Virus record (IMG/VR): IMGVR_UViG_3300024309_000003
Location: 1-43,156 of that record
From: a virus
Taxonomy: Duplodnaviria > Caudoviricetes
Length of the DNA: 43,156 nt
Strand: one strand, 5' to 3'
Shown here: in pieces, positions 26,046 through 35,094 of the stretch
How positions within the stretch are numbered: the first letter of the stretch is position 1
Layout of the letters: every line of letters begins with the position of its first letter
The notes under the pieces: generated by a model
What the model was told of the DNA's origin: nothing
The model's database searches: none
The model's input: only the letters and a program-made list of their open reading frames with translations
Program-made: the position numbers and the translations under genes

Positions 26046-27137
26046 ATGTTTCTTACTCAGCAAGCAATTGCGGCCCATCCTCGACTGATGGGCCACTACC
26101 AGGAGCTTCAGGCCAACCGCAACATCTGGAACCGGCAAAATGACGCCATGATCGCGGCCCACCGTGCCGTGATGACGCCGGAAATGCTGGCCTGCAACGC
26201 GCTGGCCGGCCTGGGCCGCGACTTCTGGCAGGAGGTTGATCGCCAGATCATCCAGATGCGTGACCAGGAAACCGGGATGGAGATCGTCAACGATCTGCTG
26301 ACCGTCCAGACCGCGCTGCCCATCGGCAAGACCGTGAAGCTGTACAACGTCTCGGGCGATATCGCTGACGACGTGTCGATCAGCATGGACGGCCAGCCGC
26401 CGTACTCGTTCGATCACACCGAATACGACAGCGACGGCGACCCGATCCCGGTGTTCACCGCAGGGTACGGCGTAAATTGGCGCTTGGCGGCTGGCCTGAA
26501 CACTGTCGGCATCGACCTGGTGCTGGACTCGCAAGCCGCCAAGATGCGCAAGTACAGCAAGTTCGTCGTGAACTATGTGCTCAACGGCAGCGACAAGATC
26601 GTCGTGAACGGCAAGCCGGGCCAGGGCCTGAAAAACCACCGCAACACCATCAAGCTGAATCTTGGCAGCGGTGCCGGTGGCGCGAATATCGACCTGACCA
26701 CGGCCAGCCAGGCCGACATGGCGACGTTCTTCACCAGTGGCGCGTTCGGCCAGGCCGCCCGGAACAACTTTGTCGAAGCCTACGATGTCATGTGGGTGTC
26801 GCCGCAAATCTGGGCCAACCTGATGAAGCCCGCCAACGTCACCATCGGCGGCAGCACGCTGCTGTCCGGTGGCAATGTGCTGAGCGTGATTCAGGGCTTC
26901 GTGCCGGCGCGTTCGATCAAACAGTCCTTCGCGCTGTCCGGAAACGAGTTCATCGCCTACCAGCGCCGTCAGGACGTGGTGACGCCCCTGGTCGGCATGG
27001 CCACCGGCGTTGTTCCGCTGCCGCGCCCGCTGCCGCAGAACAACTACAACTTCCAGATCATGGGGGCCATGGGCCTGCAGGTGAAAAAGGACGGTTCCGG
27101 CAAATCGGGCGTGCTGTACGGCGCTGACCTGGATTAA
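26046..27137 (+). CDS. Major capsid protein
   Basis: 363 aa, TAAGGAGG SD, strongly biased codons, position in head operon. Confidence 0.85.
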   Translation: MFLTQQAIAAHPRLMGHYQELQANRNIWNRQNDAMIAAHRAVMTPEMLACNALAGLGRDFWQEVDRQIIQMRDQETGMEIVNDLLTVQTALPIGKTVKLYNVSGDIADDVSISMDGQPPYSFDHTEYDSDGDPIPVFTAGYGVNWRLAAGLNTVGIDLVLDSQAAKMRKYSKFVVNYVLNGSDKIVVNGKPGQGLKNHRNTIKLNLGSGAGGANIDLTTASQADMATFFTSGAFGQAARNNFVEAYDVMWVSPQIWANLMKPANVTIGGSTLLSGGNVLSVIQGFVPARSIKQSFALSGNEFIAYQRRQDVVTPLVGMATGVVPLPRPLPQNNYNFQIMGAMGLQVKKDGSGKSGVLYGADLD

Positions 27138-27147
27138 GGGGATCGAC

Positions 27148-27429
27148 ATGGCGAAATACGAAGTCATCCGCCCCTGGCACGGGGTCGCTCTGGGGGCCGT
27201 GGTGGAACTGAAAAAACTCCACCCGGCCCTGAAAGCCAACGTCCGTCCGTTGCGCGGCGAGGCCGCCGAACTGGTGCCGACCACGCCCGGCGGCAGCAAG
27301 CCCCCGGCCAAGGGCGCTATCGCCAAGCGGCTGAAGGAACTGGAAATCGAGTTCGACGGCCGCAAGAGCGCCGAAGAGCTCGCAGCCCTGCTGCCCGACG
27401 GCGACCCGCTGAAGCCCGCCACCGAATAG
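27148..27429 (+). CDS. Small head-associated protein (HeH/LEM-like C-terminus)
   Basis: LKELEIEFDGRKSAEELAALL. Confidence 0.65.
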   Translation: MAKYEVIRPWHGVALGAVVELKKLHPALKANVRPLRGEAAELVPTTPGGSKPPAKGAIAKRLKELEIEFDGRKSAEELAALLPDGDPLKPATE

Positions 27430-27449
27430 CCGCCTACGGGCGGTTTTTT
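27429..27449 (+). terminator. Terminator after capsid genes
   Basis: GCCGCC-tacg-GGCGGT-TTTTT. Confidence 0.8.
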
Positions 27450-27490
27450 GGCCCTGCTCCGGCGGGGCCTTTCTATTTCCAACAGGTGAA

Positions 27491-28003
27491 ATGATGAAAG
27501 AACTCATGTTCCAGGACCATTCCATCCGCCTGATCGAGCGTGATGGCAAACAGTGGGCCAGCGCTGCCGATATCGCCCGGGCGCTGGGCTATGCGAACGC
27601 CGACAAGGTGACACGGATTTACGACCGGCACAAGGTCGAGTTTTCTGACTCCATGACATGCCTGACGATGATGCGAGACCCGGACACCCGTTTTGGGGGT
27701 CCAGGTCAGTCTCGCACCGCTCGCGTGTTCAGCCTTCGCGGCGCTCATCTGATCGCCATGTTCTCGCGCACCGCAAAGGCTCAAGAGTTCCGCCGCTGGG
27801 TGCTGGATGTCATCGAGCAGCACCAGGCCGCGCCGTCGCTGATCCAGGAATGGTTCGACGCCAAGGCCGCGCTTGATGCGCAAGACAAATTCGCCAGCCT
27901 GTGCGGGCGGGGCCTCAACGAACACAAGATGCGCAAGCCGCCGCTCGTTGGGCGCCTCGAAGCAATCGCCGAACGGTTGCAGCCCTCTCTTCAATTCAAC
28001 TGA
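27491..28003 (+). CDS. Bro-N domain protein (antirepressor-like)
   Basis: W.SAADIARALGY, FSLRGAHLIAMFSRT.KA.EFRRWVLD. Confidence 0.85.
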   Translation: MMKELMFQDHSIRLIERDGKQWASAADIARALGYANADKVTRIYDRHKVEFSDSMTCLTMMRDPDTRFGGPGQSRTARVFSLRGAHLIAMFSRTAKAQEFRRWVLDVIEQHQAAPSLIQEWFDAKAALDAQDKFASLCGRGLNEHKMRKPPLVGRLEAIAERLQPSLQFN

Positions 28004-28042
28004 CCCGGCCCAGCGCTGGGTTTCTTTTTCTGGAATCGAGCC

Positions 28043-28444
28043 ATGGTGACCACCGAACAGGCCCAGCAATACCTGGAGGGCCAGGGCATCACGCTGCCCG
28101 ATTTCGTGCTGTCCGCGCTGGTCGAGCAGGCGAACGCCATCGAGGACTGCCTGAACGCCAACTACACGACGGCCACGGCGCTGCTGATCCAGCTCTACCT
28201 GCTGGGCCTCATGGGTCTGGCGCAGGGCGACAAGTACATCAGCAGCCAGACGGCGCCATCAGGCGCGTCCCGGTCGTTCCGCTACCAGTCCTTCGCTGAT
28301 CGCTGGCGCGCTGCCCTGGCGCTGCTGCGTGGCCTGGATACGCACGGCTGCGCGACCGGCCTCATCCCGCCCGACCCGACCCAGACGGCGCACGCCGGTA
28401 TGTGGATTGGGAAGGGCGGCTGCATGTCGGGTGGCAGCAAATGA
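28043..28444 (+). CDS. Head-tail adaptor (putative)
   Basis: Position; ISSQTAPSGASRSF motif. Confidence 0.65.
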   Translation: MVTTEQAQQYLEGQGITLPDFVLSALVEQANAIEDCLNANYTTATALLIQLYLLGLMGLAQGDKYISSQTAPSGASRSFRYQSFADRWRAALALLRGLDTHGCATGLIPPDPTQTAHAGMWIGKGGCMSGGSK

Positions 28445-28788
28445 GCGAAGTCGCGCGCTGGAGTTACCAGAACACCGCCACCGTCAAGCCGTTCACCGGA
28501 CGCAACGATTGGGACGGCGCGAACACCTACGGCGAACCGTACACCATCGCCTGCACCTGGACGGCAGCCGCTGAAATGGTGCGCGAAACCGGCGGGCAGG
28601 GTGGGGCGCGGGGCGCTGAATTTGTCGCCAAGCACCTGATTTTCACCGAAGACAAGCGCCCCAAGTATCTGGACCTGATCCAACTGAACGGCCACGCCGA
28701 CTGGGAAGAAATCCGGGCCGTGACCGAGTGGGATATGTCGAGCTTGGACGAACCGGATAGCCCGGATTTTCGTCTCGCAACTGCATAG
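28441..28788 (+). CDS. Head closure / head-tail joining protein (putative)
   Basis: ATGA-coupled, beta-rich, position. Confidence 0.6.
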   Translation: MSEVARWSYQNTATVKPFTGRNDWDGANTYGEPYTIACTWTAAAEMVRETGGQGGARGAEFVAKHLIFTEDKRPKYLDLIQLNGHADWEEIRAVTEWDMSSLDEPDSPDFRLATA

Positions 28789-28798
28789 GAGCATCACT

Positions 28799-28885
28799 AT
28801 GGAATATCTGATCGGAACCGGCCTCGTGGCCTTCATTTTCGGCGTGGCCGCCACCATCATCGTGCAAAAGATGGCTGGGAAGTAA
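28799..28885 (+). CDS. 28-aa single-TM peptide
   Basis: AGGAG SD; MEYLIGTGLVAFIFGVAATIIVQKMAGK. Confidence 0.55.
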   Translation: MEYLIGTGLVAFIFGVAATIIVQKMAGK

Positions 28886-28888
28886 GCC

Positions 28889-29059
28889 ATGAGCCGCACC
28901 GCGAGGGGATCGAAGGCCGGCGGGTATGAATACTGGTCGGCCCGTCCGTTCAATCGGTGCGGCGGCATCATCAGCCCGAAGGGCGGCAAGCACACCAAGC
29001 GGCGCACCCACAAGGCTGAGCGAAAGCAGGGGAGGCGGGAATGCCGGTGCGTGGAATAG
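28889..29059 (+). CDS. 56-aa very basic protein
   Basis: Hand translation MSRTARGSKAGGYEYWSARP...TKRRTHKAERKQGRR. Confidence 0.6.
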   Translation: MSRTARGSKAGGYEYWSARPFNRCGGIISPKGGKHTKRRTHKAERKQGRRECRCVE

Positions 29060-29436
29060 AGCGGGTGCGCAGCAATTACAAGCGCGCCGTACAGCGAATC
29101 GCGCAGCCAGTATCCGAGGGGGCGGTGTACGCCGTCCTTTCACAGGGCAGGGCGCTGGCCGACTCGATGACCCCCATCGACACCAGCAACCTGATCAACA
29201 GTGGCTACGCCCCGCAGATCAAGATCGAGCGCGGCAAGATCATCGGCACAGTGGGCTACACAGCCAGCTATGCCTTTGTGGTCCATGAGGCACCGGGCAC
29301 GCTGAAAGGCCAGCCTCGGCCCGGCAATCGCGGCGATTACTGGGACCCGAACGCGCAGCCGCGCTTCCTGGCGGAAGGGTTCGATCAGTTGAAATCATCT
29401 ATCCCCGCCATATTGAAGGCTTACTACCGTGCTTGA
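29041..29436 (+). CDS. Neck / tail completion protein (HK97 gp10-like)
   Basis: TPIDTSNLINS, VGYTASYA..VHE, AQPRFL. Confidence 0.8.
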   Translation: MPVRGIERVRSNYKRAVQRIAQPVSEGAVYAVLSQGRALADSMTPIDTSNLINSGYAPQIKIERGKIIGTVGYTASYAFVVHEAPGTLKGQPRPGNRGDYWDPNAQPRFLAEGFDQLKSSIPAILKAYYRA

Positions 29437-29788
29437 CGAACTGAAAACCTGGATCGAATCGATCCTGGGGCCGTCCTGGGTCTACAGCATGGGCCTGTGG
29501 ACCGACCGCCCGGGCATCGAGGCCAGCAGCATCTGCTCGATCCAGAACGACGGCGGCCCGCAGCCGGACGTAGACGACCGCCGGCCACGATTCCGCGTGA
29601 TCCTGCTGAGTCCCATTCAGGGCGCGCCAGGACCAACCAAGGACGCCGCCGAGTCGCTGGCCCAGGCTGCGCTGACCGCCACGCCGCCGTGTGGTGCCGC
29701 GCACATCCGAATATCTGAGCCGACCGGGCCCGGGACCACCACAGAAAACCGGCGTTGGTTCGGGCTGGACGTCGAAATCATTTTCTGA
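29429..29788 (+). CDS. Tail terminator protein (putative)
   Basis: Size and position immediately before the major tail gene. Confidence 0.65.
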   Translation: MLDELKTWIESILGPSWVYSMGLWTDRPGIEASSICSIQNDGGPQPDVDDRRPRFRVILLSPIQGAPGPTKDAAESLAQAALTATPPCGAAHIRISEPTGPGTTTENRRWFGLDVEIIF

Positions 29789-29811
29789 ACGCCTCCGGGC
29801 GGAATTCTCTC

Positions 29812-29832
29812 GCCGCCTTTGGGCGGCTTTTT
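29812..29832 (+). terminator. Intrinsic terminator
   Basis: GCCGCC-tttg-GGCGGC-TTTTT. Confidence 0.75.
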
Positions 29833-29848
29833 CATTTGGAGGCCGTCA

Positions 29849-30601
29849 ATGGCTAACTGCAAATCCCAGAAATACGTCGGGCGCTCGGTCGTCCTGGAAT
29901 ACGCCATCGGCTGCGCGGACGAACTGCCGGCTGAAGACGACTGGAAGCGCTTCGGCTCGATGCGCACCAAGGAATTCAATCTGGAATGGGACACCACCGA
30001 CGCGACTGCTGACGACTCGATCGGTGCACTGCGCGAGAACCTGGCAACCTTCCAGTCGCTGACGATCTCGGGCGACGGTACCTGCAAGGCCTCCGGCTCC
30101 GGCGCCGCCAACCTGATCGAGTTGACCAAGCACGTCGCCAACCCGACGGCCACGGCCGGCCAGCCCTTTGCTTGGCTGCGCATGACGTTCCCGGACCTGA
30201 CCTTCACGGCCTTCATGATCATCACGACCATGAGCCGGTCGGCACCGTACGACGATGTGACGACCTACAGCATGGAAGCCAGCGCCACGGCCTCCGATTA
30301 CGGCCTGATCGTGGAAGATACGCCGGATCCCGATGCGCCCGATGTGGCGTCCGTGACCGTCGTGCCCGACACCCTGGCGCTGACCGTGGGCCAGACCTCC
30401 GATGTGGAGGCCGTCGTGCTGCCCACCAACGCACCGCAGGGCGTGACCTGGGCGTCTGACGATACCGCGGTTGCCACCGTCAATGCGCTGACCGGCGTCG
30501 TGACGGCTGTGGGCGATGGAACGGCCACGATCACCGCGACGAGCACCAGCGATCCGACGAAATCGGATACGTGTGATGTGACGGTGACTGGAGGTGCCTG
30601 A
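29849..30601 (+). CDS. Major tail tube protein with C-terminal Big_2 domain
   Basis: GGAGG SD; DTTDATADD..GALRENL tube motif; VTWASDDTAVATV Ig domain. Confidence 0.88.
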   Translation: MANCKSQKYVGRSVVLEYAIGCADELPAEDDWKRFGSMRTKEFNLEWDTTDATADDSIGALRENLATFQSLTISGDGTCKASGSGAANLIELTKHVANPTATAGQPFAWLRMTFPDLTFTAFMIITTMSRSAPYDDVTTYSMEASATASDYGLIVEDTPDPDAPDVASVTVVPDTLALTVGQTSDVEAVVLPTNAPQGVTWASDDTAVATVNALTGVVTAVGDGTATITATSTSDPTKSDTCDVTVTGGA

Positions 30602-30625
30602 TCTGCGATAGTCGTCTACGGGCGG

Positions 30626-31051
30626 CTATTTCGCTCCATGCTGGAGCATCCATTTATGCTTCGGGGCATCAAGGGGCGAGATCAGAATCCAGTTGCCGGC
30701 CGAGCCATATACATCCAGCGGATCCCCTGGGGCATAGTAGCCGCTGATAGGCGCGTCTTCAGAAGGCCATGCATGAAGAGGGATGCCGTTTACTGGGGCG
30801 GATTTCCTGCTTTCTGATGGCTTTTTAGGGGCGCTTATTGGGGGCGGGATGATGACGTGAGGCGTCGCGCGGCTTGGCGCTCGCCGCTGCGTTGGCGGTG
30901 AGTACCCTCCGATCCGGCATGTCTTGCTTGCTGATATGCAGGAATTTCCGCAAGGAATCCCCTTGCGGCAGGTTTTTGCATGGGCAGGCAGGGACGCAAC
31001 GGCCAGGGCCACTAAAACAATAGAGGCCGCCCGCCATGTTAAGGCTTTCAT
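30626..31051 (-). CDS. Secreted protein with 4-Cys N-terminal motif and SH3b-like C-terminus (moron)
   Basis: Signal peptide ending AHA; CRKGIPCGNSCISASKTC; Pro-rich linker; GDPLDVYG..GNWILI. Confidence 0.7.
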   Translation of the reverse strand: MKALTWRAASIVLVALAVASLPAHAKTCRKGIPCGNSCISASKTCRIGGYSPPTQRRAPSRATPHVIIPPPISAPKKPSESRKSAPVNGIPLHAWPSEDAPISGYYAPGDPLDVYGSAGNWILISPLDAPKHKWMLQHGAK

Positions 31052-31449
31052 TTCCGTGGCTGATCAACTGCGGGGCCGCCAGCATCCACTGCGATGCCGG
31101 TTGCGGTCCCGTATTCGCTGGAAGAGCTGGACGTGCTTTGCAGGACGCCTTGCTGATCGAAGGTCAGCACCACGCTGTTTGATCTGGTGTCCATGCCTCC
31201 CGCAAACGCCCCCACGATGGGAATGAATGCGCTGGCGCGGGTGCGGGCCTCGGCGTAGGTGTACATGACCATCGTTGTGCCGTCAGCATTGCGCATGGTC
31301 ATAGTGGGCTGGCCCAGAACCGCAACCACTTCTTGCTTCGTCGTCTGGCCTTCTTTGAATTGTGAGATCTGATCGTCGGTGACGCGCACGCCGGTTGAGG
31401 CGCAGGCCGACAGGGCCAGAGCGGCGAGAACGACGGCGAATTTCTTCAT
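31048..31449 (-). CDS. BamE/SmpA-like outer-membrane lipoprotein (moron)
   Basis: AGGAG SD; lipobox LSAC; GQTTKQEVVAVLGQP...VLTFDQQGVL. Confidence 0.8.
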   Translation of the reverse strand: MKKFAVVLAALALSACASTGVRVTDDQISQFKEGQTTKQEVVAVLGQPTMTMRNADGTTMVMYTYAEARTRASAFIPIVGAFAGGMDTRSNSVVLTFDQQGVLQSTSSSSSEYGTATGIAVDAGGPAVDQPRK

Positions 31450-31476
31450 GCCAATGCTCCTGATGGTTTCTGGATT

Positions 31477-32076
31477 ATGCAAATTCTGACCGAAATCGGC
31501 GAGGTGTGCATCCATGCCGACCGGGATGTGCTGCTGCGCCCGTCGCTGGCCGCTATCGCCAGCCTGGGTGAGCCAGCGGAAATCGTGGAGACATTCGCCC
31601 GGGTGATGGCCGGTGACTTCATGGACAGTCTGGGCGTGGTGTTCGCCTGCGCCGATGAGGACGTATCCGACCTGTTCGGATTCTACGAGCCGGGCGACGA
31701 TGCGATCAGATATGTCCCCGGCACAGCTCCGGCCGCCCACGTCGTGCCGCTGGCGCAGTCTCTGATGCGCCATGGCGTGGTGGGTGTCGCCAAGCCGCTG
31801 CCGCGCCGCAGCGATGCCGAGCAGGAATATCTGACGGAATTCGACGCCCGCAGCCATGCGGCGATGGCCATGGCCCACCTGGGCCTGACCGAGCGCGAGG
31901 CCTGGAATATGACGATGACCGGGCTTGTCGCGGCGCTGCGCGCCAAATTCCCGCCGTCCGCCAAGGATTCGCCGGGAGCGCGGGCACCGACCAAGGAAGA
32001 GCACGCAGCCACCGAGGCGTGGTACGAGCGGGTGCTGGAAGCCAGGGCATCTAGAAAGAACAAGACGATTCACTGA
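31477..32076 (+). CDS. Tail assembly chaperone (DUF6246-like)
   Basis: EIGE..I..RPSLAAIA.LGEP.EIV, AHLGL...EAWNMTMT; directly before tape measure. Confidence 0.7.
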   Translation: MQILTEIGEVCIHADRDVLLRPSLAAIASLGEPAEIVETFARVMAGDFMDSLGVVFACADEDVSDLFGFYEPGDDAIRYVPGTAPAAHVVPLAQSLMRHGVVGVAKPLPRRSDAEQEYLTEFDARSHAAMAMAHLGLTEREAWNMTMTGLVAALRAKFPPSAKDSPGARAPTKEEHAATEAWYERVLEARASRKNKTIH

Positions 32077-32084
32077 GTTTGAAC

Positions 32085-32107
32085 GGCTCGCTTCGGCGGG
32101 CCTTTTT
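32085..32107 (+). terminator. Intrinsic terminator
   Basis: GGCTCGC-ttcg-GCGGGCC-TTTTT. Confidence 0.7.
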
Positions 32108-32121
32108 CATGGGCGCAAGTC

Positions 32122-35094
32122 ATGGCTGAAGGCACCTCCGTAGGCGCGATCTACTACGAAGTCGAAGCGGACACATCGAAGCTGGTCAACAGCACGACCA
32201 GTGTGGATGGGTCGCTTGACCAACTGAACAAGACGTTTGCGCGCACTGACAAAGCGGCCAACGACACGCGCTTTCAGATGACGAAGACGGCCGCTGCCGT
32301 CAAAGGTCTGGGCGCGGAGTCGGCCGCCGCACGCGCGAATGTGTCGAGCCTGTATGGCGCGCTGGCTGGCCTGGTGTCGCTGCGTGCCGCCCAGGGCCTA
32401 ATCGAGATGGCCGATGCCTACAACGAGATGGCCGAGCGCATCGCGATGGCCACCTCGAGCGCGGACGAATATGAGCACGTCCAACAGCGCCTACTGGCGA
32501 CGGCGAACGGCACCTACCGAAGCCTGTCCGAGGCGCAGGAACTGTACGTCCTGACGGCCAGCACGCTCAAGAGCCTGGGCTACGACACTGATCAGTCCAT
32601 GGACATCGTGGACTCGCTTTCGTACGCCTTCGTGAAGAACGCGACCGCGGCAGATCGGGCGTCTACCACCATCGATGCTGTCACCAAGGCGCTGAACAAG
32701 GGCAAGGTCGAGGCCGACGGCTGGCAAACCATTCTGGCGGCCGTGCCGACCATCGTCGACGACTTGGCGGCGTCCACCGGTCGCAGCACGGCAGAGATCC
32801 TGGCGCTGGGCGCCCAGGGCAAGATTACCGGCCGCGAGCTGTCCGAGTCACTGCGCAAGTCGCTGGACGATAACAAGGCCGCCGCCGATGGCATGGCGAC
32901 GACCGTCAAAGACGCCTTCACGAATCTGAAAAACAACCTCTCGGTATTCGTGGGCGAGGCGAACCGCGCCAGCGGCGCCACGCAGCTCATGTCCGGCGCC
33001 CTGGTCGCGCTGGGCAACAACATCGATACGGTCGTCAGCCTGCTGATGGTCGCAGGCGCCGGCGCGCTGGCTCGCTATATCGCCCAACTCGGGGCGTCGG
33101 CTATCGCAAGCGGCCGAGCTATGCTGGCGGCACGCGCCCAAGCCGCTGAGGAATTGCGGCTGGCCCAGGCGCACATGGCCGCGACCCAGGCCGCGCTGGC
33201 CCAGGCTCAGGCAACCGGCGGCTTGACTGCCGCCCACGGACGCGCCGCGGCTGCTGCCGCCGCGCACGCCGCCGCCGTTACTCGAATGCAAGCCGCACAG
33301 GCTGCCGTGGTCACCGTGGGGTCTCGTCTACTGGGGTTGCTGGGCGGTCCCGTCGGCATCATTGCGCTGCTCGCGTCTGCCGCCGCATCCGTGGTGACGT
33401 TCGGCGGTGACTCGAAATCCGCGTCCGGCAAGGTCGATGATCTGTCCGGATCCGTCGATGGCTTGACCGCATCGCTCAAGCAACTGAACAATGCCGGGCT
33501 GTCGTCGGCCGCCGCCAATATCCAAGAGCGGATCGGAGAATCGGCGCGCCTGGCCGTTGAGGCTCAGGACAAGCTCAAGGATCTGCAGCAGCAACTGACC
33601 AAAGCGCCGCCGGGATCTGATGCCGCCCGCCAGATCACCCAGCAGATGGCGAACTGGGGCAGCGTTTACGGCGAGGCCCAGAAGAACCTGGACAGACTCC
33701 GCGATCGTGCCAAAGAGATCCAGGACATGCAGGGCCGGCGCACGGAAGCCGCAAATGGTCCGTCCTCGACCCAGGCCGACCCGGAGGTTGCAAAGCGCTT
33801 GCAGGCCATGCGCGACGAGCTGGAACTGGCAAAACAGACCGGTGTCGCTCGCGCGCGTCTACAGGCCCTCCAGAAACTGGGAGCGAACGCAACAGCCGAA
33901 GAGCGCGCCGAAGCCGAGGCGTTGGCGACCCAGATTTACGAGCTGGAGAGCGCGCAGAAGGCCGGCACCAAGACGACCAAGGAGTCCGTTGCGGCTCACA
34001 AGGAAGACGCCAAGGTACTCACCGAGCTGGCCACCGAGCTGCTTGGTGCGGGTGAGGCGTCCCGCGAAATGGCGCAGGCCAAGGCCGCCGCGCAACTCAG
34101 CAAATTCGCCACGCCGGAGGAGATCGCCCAGGTCAAGGAATTGGCTGGCGCACTGTTCGACCTGAAGCAATCTCAGGCCGATCAGAAGCTGATCAACGAG
34201 GCCGACCCCATCCAGGCCGAGATCCAGGGCTACGAGAAGAAACTGGCGGCGTACCAGGACATGCTGGCGCGCAAGGCGATCAGCGACGAGGAGTATTACC
34301 AGTACGCCGGGGATCTGGCCAAGCAACACGAAGAGACGATGCTGGCGCTGCAGGAAGAGCGGTTCCGCCAGCAATCGGAATTCAACGACCTCCTGATGAC
34401 CGGGGTAGAGGCTCTTGGGGAGGCCGCCACAAATACGCTGGTCGGCCTGATTACCCAAACCACAAGCGCCGCTGACGCAGCCAAGGCTTTTGCTGGCGTG
34501 ATCATGAAAGAAGTGATTGGGTCCGTCGTCAAGATGGGGGTCGAGCAAGCGAAGGCGTGGATCATGGGGCGTGCCGCCGCAGCGGTTGCGGGGGCGGCGT
34601 ATGCCGCGGGCGTGGCCGGTCAGGTCCAGGCCAATACCGCCCTTGCAGCCCAGGCGACGTTCGCATCGATCAGCGCGATTCCCATCGTCGGCCCCTTCAT
34701 GGCCCCGGCTATGGCCGCCCAAGCCGCGGTGACTGCTGGGGCCCTGGGGGCTCCGGCCATCCCTGCGGCCGCGATCTCGGCCGGCCGCCAGTACGGCGGC
34801 CCAGTCGCCGCCGACGGCATGTACCGCATCAACGAAACCGGCCGGCCAGAGATCCTGAACATGACCAACGGCCAGCAGTTCCTGTTGCCGAACCAGCGCG
34901 GCGAGGTGGTCAGCAACCGGGACGCGACGGCGCAGGCAGCCGGGGGTGCGGGGGCTGGGTCGGGCGGCATCCATATCGATCTGGGCGGCATCCACATCAA
35001 TTCCGTGTGGCCGCTGCCCGACAGCGAGGTCCGCAACCTGGTCGGCCGCATCAATGACGCCCTGCGCGACGGTATGACGCTGAGGACGAAATGA
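32122..35094 (+). CDS. Tape measure protein, 990 aa
   Basis: Ala-rich helical protein, tape-measure domain, C-terminal GRQYGGPV...YRINETGRPE. Confidence 0.93.
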   Translation: MAEGTSVGAIYYEVEADTSKLVNSTTSVDGSLDQLNKTFARTDKAANDTRFQMTKTAAAVKGLGAESAAARANVSSLYGALAGLVSLRAAQGLIEMADAYNEMAERIAMATSSADEYEHVQQRLLATANGTYRSLSEAQELYVLTASTLKSLGYDTDQSMDIVDSLSYAFVKNATAADRASTTIDAVTKALNKGKVEADGWQTILAAVPTIVDDLAASTGRSTAEILALGAQGKITGRELSESLRKSLDDNKAAADGMATTVKDAFTNLKNNLSVFVGEANRASGATQLMSGALVALGNNIDTVVSLLMVAGAGALARYIAQLGASAIASGRAMLAARAQAAEELRLAQAHMAATQAALAQAQATGGLTAAHGRAAAAAAAHAAAVTRMQAAQAAVVTVGSRLLGLLGGPVGIIALLASAAASVVTFGGDSKSASGKVDDLSGSVDGLTASLKQLNNAGLSSAAANIQERIGESARLAVEAQDKLKDLQQQLTKAPPGSDAARQITQQMANWGSVYGEAQKNLDRLRDRAKEIQDMQGRRTEAANGPSSTQADPEVAKRLQAMRDELELAKQTGVARARLQALQKLGANATAEERAEAEALATQIYELESAQKAGTKTTKESVAAHKEDAKVLTELATELLGAGEASREMAQAKAAAQLSKFATPEEIAQVKELAGALFDLKQSQADQKLINEADPIQAEIQGYEKKLAAYQDMLARKAISDEEYYQYAGDLAKQHEETMLALQEERFRQQSEFNDLLMTGVEALGEAATNTLVGLITQTTSAADAAKAFAGVIMKEVIGSVVKMGVEQAKAWIMGRAAAAVAGAAYAAGVAGQVQANTALAAQATFASISAIPIVGPFMAPAMAAQAAVTAGALGAPAIPAAAISAGRQYGGPVAADGMYRINETGRPEILNMTNGQQFLLPNQRGEVVSNRDATAQAAGGAGAGSGGIHIDLGGIHINSVWPLPDSEVRNLVGRINDALRDGMTLRTK

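Noticed and set aside
31477-32121. Programmed -1 frameshift of the tail chaperone (lambda G/GT type)
   Set aside because: One ORF runs to within 45 bp of the tape measure gene; no second frame or clear slippery heptamer
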